DNA from: Thermoplasmatales archaeon
Lineage (GTDB): Archaea > Thermoplasmatota > Thermoplasmata > Thermoplasmatales > Thermoplasmataceae
Assembly: GCA_027310185.1 (NCBI GenBank)
Contig: DAIDBH010000012.1
Location: 1 to 12,031 of the forward strand
Length of the DNA: 12,031 nucleotides
Direction of reading: 5' to 3'
Shown: in pieces, positions 8,155 through 12,031 of the stretch
Layout of the letters: each line of letters starts with the position of its first letter
Numbering within the stretch: the stretch's first letter is position 1
Position numbers and translations under genes: made by a program
Notes under the pieces: generated by a model
What the model was told of the DNA's origin: nothing
The model's database searches: none
The model's input: only the letters and a program-made list of their open reading frames with translations

Positions 8155-8524
8155 ATATCATAAGATAGTACATATTTATTATATAAACATATATGGAATT
8201 ATTAGCATTATCTTAAAGATCTATACTGTCAATAATGCATCGAATTTTCATCAGAATTAAACAGAACTTCATGCTTTAAAAAATTCCTTTAATGGAATGT
8301 CATGGTATAGATTTACCATAACGTCCAAATATTTCCTTTCCCTTCCTGTGATAAAAATTAACTACTCTGGGATTGAATCGAATCAAACCCTTGATATTCG
8401 AATGAAGGAAGATACCCCTACCTGAGTATTGTCCTCCAGATGTAAAAGTTTCCTTAAACTGCAAATAGAAACGAAAATTGATTTCCTGTTGAAGTCCATA
8501 TTGATGGAGATAAGAATAGAACTA

Positions 8525-9670
8525 TTACAGTCCAGCTCCCTCAGCCAGTGACTTCAACTTCTGCAGTGCAATGCTCTTTGGCACACCACCCATGCCTGAA
8601 AATGTCTCAAAGCCGCAGTCCGTGCCACCAATAACCCTTTCCTCACCGATCTCTTCTATATCAGATACATTATGCAGCTTCTGGCTCACGCTTTCGGGTG
8701 TCTCAACGAATGGCGATTTTACATCTATCACACCTGCGGCAAACTTCATTTTCTTTGGCCATCCGTATTCCTTCACGTGTTTCCTTATGATCAACGGATC
8801 ACCTGCATGCCTTGGATTTGCCATCTCCCCGACAATCGTTCCAGCATTCAGTTTCAGTATCTCCGGCAGTACCCTGGAGTAGTCTGGATCTGTTAGATGG
8901 GAAGCGGAATAGTTACCGTAGCAGTAATGAACTCTTATTCTATCAGATGGCAATCCCTTTATGGCTTCATTGATCGCCTGCACATGTTGTGGCAGAACCT
9001 CATAGAAATGTTCTGTCCAGTCAACGCCAAGACTCTTTGCCATTGCTAGATCAGGGGCATCTATCTGAAGGTCTACTCCATCAACAGATAATATTGATCT
9101 GTATTCCCTGGCCAGTTCCTTGGACAGATCAAAGAGATAATCCTCATGATCATGATACGCCTTTCCAGGCGGATAGAATACTGTTATAACTCCTGGTGAA
9201 GGTGAAGGTATAAATATTCTCTTTGCACCAAGTTCATTTGCCAGTTTCTTCGCATCCTCAGCCTCCTTCTTAGATTGCTTCTCTCCTGTATATACAAGCT
9301 TTTCTTCAATGACTGGCAATTCAAACACCCTGGAATCCTGTATGGCCTTTCCCATGGATGGATTTGCTTCCATCAGTTCTCTGTAAAAAGATTCAGAGAA
9401 TTGCTGCGATATCCTGTTCTTTGATGAAAAACCACTAAACCTGTTTGGTATGTAAGTTGTATAACCTGACTTTCTCTGTTCTCCGTTGCTTACCCATGTC
9501 AGTCCTCTTTTTGAACCAAGTGGATGCAACTGATCAGATATGGCAATGGTTTCTGCAGATCTAATAATCTGATCATTCTTATTATCAATCTCTCCTGTTT
9601 TTGACACTTTCAATAGCTCTTCAATCTCATGTGTCCTGAAGAAACTACCTGTCATTGTTGTTTCATACAT
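8525..9670 (-). CDS. Cobalamin-independent methionine synthase II (MetE C-terminal-domain only) family zinc enzyme
   Basis: TTMTGSF, LQIDAPDL, Zn-ligand HYC, GVIDVKSPFVETPE and TDCGF motifs. At 381 aa it is a single barrel. Confidence 0.9.
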   Translation of the reverse strand: MYETTMTGSFFRTHEIEELLKVSKTGEIDNKNDQIIRSAETIAISDQLHPLGSKRGLTWVSNGEQRKSGYTTYIPNRFSGFSSKNRISQQFSESFYRELMEANPSMGKAIQDSRVFELPVIEEKLVYTGEKQSKKEAEDAKKLANELGAKRIFIPSPSPGVITVFYPPGKAYHDHEDYLFDLSKELAREYRSILSVDGVDLQIDAPDLAMAKSLGVDWTEHFYEVLPQHVQAINEAIKGLPSDRIRVHYCYGNYSASHLTDPDYSRVLPEILKLNAGTIVGEMANPRHAGDPLIIRKHVKEYGWPKKMKFAAGVIDVKSPFVETPESVSQKLHNVSDIEEIGEERVIGGTDCGFETFSGMGGVPKSIALQKLKSLAEGAGL

Positions 9671-9860
9671 CTTGTCTGATGTTTCTGAATAGTCTTAAAC
9701 ATTTGGTCAAGAAATATGTGTAGGAGTAATAACGATGGATAAAATTTGCTCTTCAGTTGACTAAATTTATATTGTATTATTATATGCAATGCTCTTTCAA
9801 CAATGAAAAAGTAGTTCAGTTTCCTAAAAAACTAATAACATATAATGAATTATCAGAAAT

Positions 9861-11255
9861 ATGAGTGATTATCATAGCAGAGTGCAAAATGATGTATGTA
9901 GAATTTTTGAATGGTACGGTTTCAGAAGCGATGATGAATACCGTGTAAATAATGGTTACATAGACTGCGTAGCATTTACTAACAGATCCAGTAGGCCATT
10001 TGTTGGCGTAGAGGTCCACATTCAAGGCAAATTGGATTCGGATCTAAAAAAACTTCTAGATAGTACATTCATTCCCCATAAAATAATTCTTACCCCAGAT
10101 ATGGGGTTGATAAGTGAAATGTCCAAGAGTATCTCAGAAATAGTCTGGTTTCCACTGCCTAGTAAAGAGGATCATCACTTTGAGGATTATATCAAAAAAT
10201 TACCCGAATCAATCAAAAAAGAAAAGTATTGGTACGAAGGGACTGTAGAAGTCAATCTTATCCAAAATGCGAGCGACATCGTAACAAAATTTAGTGAGAT
10301 TCTAACAGAGAATAACTTAAACATTGATCTAACTGAAAAGATCATTTATACTTTTATCTCTGCCGGATCTACAATTCCAATAGATTCCAAAGGAATTGAA
10401 GATACTAATGAATATAAATTTTTAAACAGTTTGGGGATAATGCAAGGTCTTGAATTCTACTGGTATGACATGGAATGGGGTGATAAAGTAAGATATAGCT
10501 CAATCAACGCTGAAGTACCTGGAATTATCCAGTCAAGAAAAATGCAAGGTGAACCTATTGCTTATGTTAACAATAAATCTATCATAAATGGTGTGGTGAA
10601 GAACTATTTAGAAAAGCTAGAAGGTAGAATAGGCACAACAGTTAAAGGATACTCTAAAGCCTTTTGCGAAGTTGCACTAATGGGAAGCAGAGGAGATTTT
10701 AGACCCTATGCCAGAAACTATGTACCAATAGGAAGATTGCCTAATTATATTCCACCAGAAGAACAATCTAGATTGGAGGCCCTTGCGGCAAATCCCTTCC
10801 TCAGTGAGCAATTATGGAGGTTCGGGAAGGATTTGGCAAATTTAGGATTGGGAGTTGCAGTAGCCGATGATCTCATTAGAGTGCCATATAAAACGGTTGT
10901 AGATGTTTTTGATCTATCTGGCAATGTGAAGGAAAAACAAGGTTATGTAGATGAATATCTTGCGTGGTGGGTTCTTTATCGTGGTGGAATTTATAAAGAG
11001 AACATGAGAAAAGAATCAAATATCGTAGGAGTTCCCTGGGATTTTGTACTGGAATGCATAGATGAAACATCTTCAAAAGGATTTACAAGTCGCTATTTAT
11101 ACGACATTACAGGCATCCAATCCATGAATAATTATATGCAATCAAAAGAGGGAAATAGGATAGGCGGAATAAGTGATATAACAGTATTCAAAGATTCAGA
11201 ATTTAAATCTTATTGTTCAAGTAAAATATATAATTGCCTTTCGAATATAATTTGA
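9861..11255 (+). CDS. Hypothetical protein with N-terminal PD-(D/E)XK nuclease-like domain
   Basis: 464-aa ORF with H...EYRV..GYIDCVAF......VGVEVH...DLKKL, a restriction-endonuclease-fold spacing. The remaining ~340 aa are unrecognised. Confidence 0.7.
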   Translation: MSDYHSRVQNDVCRIFEWYGFRSDDEYRVNNGYIDCVAFTNRSSRPFVGVEVHIQGKLDSDLKKLLDSTFIPHKIILTPDMGLISEMSKSISEIVWFPLPSKEDHHFEDYIKKLPESIKKEKYWYEGTVEVNLIQNASDIVTKFSEILTENNLNIDLTEKIIYTFISAGSTIPIDSKGIEDTNEYKFLNSLGIMQGLEFYWYDMEWGDKVRYSSINAEVPGIIQSRKMQGEPIAYVNNKSIINGVVKNYLEKLEGRIGTTVKGYSKAFCEVALMGSRGDFRPYARNYVPIGRLPNYIPPEEQSRLEALAANPFLSEQLWRFGKDLANLGLGVAVADDLIRVPYKTVVDVFDLSGNVKEKQGYVDEYLAWWVLYRGGIYKENMRKESNIVGVPWDFVLECIDETSSKGFTSRYLYDITGIQSMNNYMQSKEGNRIGGISDITVFKDSEFKSYCSSKIYNCLSNII

Positions 11256-11343
11256 TAAAACTCCCTCAAAATTTCATTTATGCCTCATTTTCTATCATCA
11301 GATTTGTATAAAGTTTAATATGTATAACTATGATTATACTTAT

Positions 11344-12031
11344 GAGGATTTCTAACAACCTCTCATTAAACACCGTAACATTTATTCATGAAACACGCAT
11401 GTTACAGTATGAGTGACCTCTTCGATGAAGTTCTCAGGGAAAAATACAGACAGTATTTTGTAAATGATCCACTTGCATTTGCGAAGGAATCAATAGACTG
11501 GGATGCCTTTCCTCCACTTCTTAATGATCTGTATCATAATGATACAGATAAGGGAGGAAGGCCAAACATACCTGTAAAAACCATGGTGAAGGTTCTATAC
11601 CTTCAGAGCCTGTACAATCTTGCAGATGAACAGGCGGAGAAGGAGATCCATGACAGGATCTCGTTCATGAACTTTCTTGATTATCCTGATCAGTATCCCG
11701 ATGCAAGAACCATATGGTTATTCAGGGAAAGATTATCGAGGACAGGAAGAGATCGTATAATATGGAATGAGTTGCAGAGACAGCTTGAATCCAAGGGCAT
11801 CAGGGTTAAGAAGGGATCTGCACAGGATGCAACATTCATCACATCAGATCCTGGACATGTTAAGCATGATGAACCAAGATCAGATGGAAGGACAAGAAGA
11901 TCAAAAGATGGATCATTCACCAAAAAGAACAATAAGACATTCTTCGGATACAAGGGACATACAATTGTTGATGACAACATTCCTGTTCCAGTAATAAGAT
12001 CCTATGCTGTATCAACAGCAAAGGATCATGA
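11344..12031 (+). mobile_element. IS5-family insertion sequence (left part)
   Basis: Putative left inverted repeat GAGGATTTCTAACAACCTC at 11344-11362. The boundary is supported by the homologous remnant ending at 3420. The transposase follows, and the right end is outside the window. Confidence 0.85.
11409..12031 (+). CDS. IS5-family DDE transposase (3' end outside window)
   Basis: Open from ATG 11409 to the window end: MSDLFDEVLREKY...IDWDAF...GGRPN...LQSLYNLADEQAE...DRISFMNFL...PDARTIWLFRERL...QDATFI...FGYKGH...STAKDH. Confidence 0.95.
   Translation, partial: MSDLFDEVLREKYRQYFVNDPLAFAKESIDWDAFPPLLNDLYHNDTDKGGRPNIPVKTMVKVLYLQSLYNLADEQAEKEIHDRISFMNFLDYPDQYPDARTIWLFRERLSRTGRDRIIWNELQRQLESKGIRVKKGSAQDATFITSDPGHVKHDEPRSDGRTRRSKDGSFTKKNNKTFFGYKGHTIVDDNIPVPVIRSYAVSTAKDH

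Noticed and set aside
8220-8520. Minus-strand open stretches between the MetE-like gene and fic
   Set aside because: No convincing start or recognisable motif.
1185-11076. Other short track ORFs overlapping longer genes (for example 1185-1367, 1825-2115, 4336-4729, 4892-5077, 5666-5872, 7397-8260, 8571-9189, 9816-10025, 10876-11076)
   Set aside because: Antisense or out-of-frame overlaps with motif-supported genes, with no independent evidence.
11690-11994. Track ORFs 11690-11980 (-) and 11767-11994 (+)
   Set aside because: Alternative frames inside the IS5 transposase.
1-12031. CRISPR array, tRNA, rRNA or regular repeat array
   Set aside because: None seen by eye. A CRISPR finder, tRNAscan-SE, Rfam and a self-dotplot would be needed to exclude weak cases.

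Overview
AT-rich archaeal accessory region, probably Thermoplasmatales-like (inferred from DUF929 genes, TATA-like boxes about 25-30 nt upstream of start codons, and the IS5 type). The left part has two DUF929-like paralogues converging around a CC-motif membrane protein, then a GNAT acetyltransferase. Positions 3421-11343 form a toxin-antitoxin/defence-like island. It holds a small PepSY-like gene beside a frameshifted retropepsin, a doubly broken TPR/ST7-like gene, an RHH antitoxin with a truncated vapC, a protein with a lone Mrr_N-like domain, relE, a class II Fic-HTH gene, a core MetE-like zinc enzyme and a PD-(D/E)XK-like protein. On the right is an IS5-family element whose transposase (11409 to the window end) is missing from the ORF track. 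A decayed inverted copy of the same IS left end lies at 3321-3420. The most striking unannotated element is a 58-aa YefM-C-terminus-like antitoxin ORF (6886-7062, minus strand) arranged tail-to-tail with relE. All family calls come from motif recognition by eye, not from database searches.
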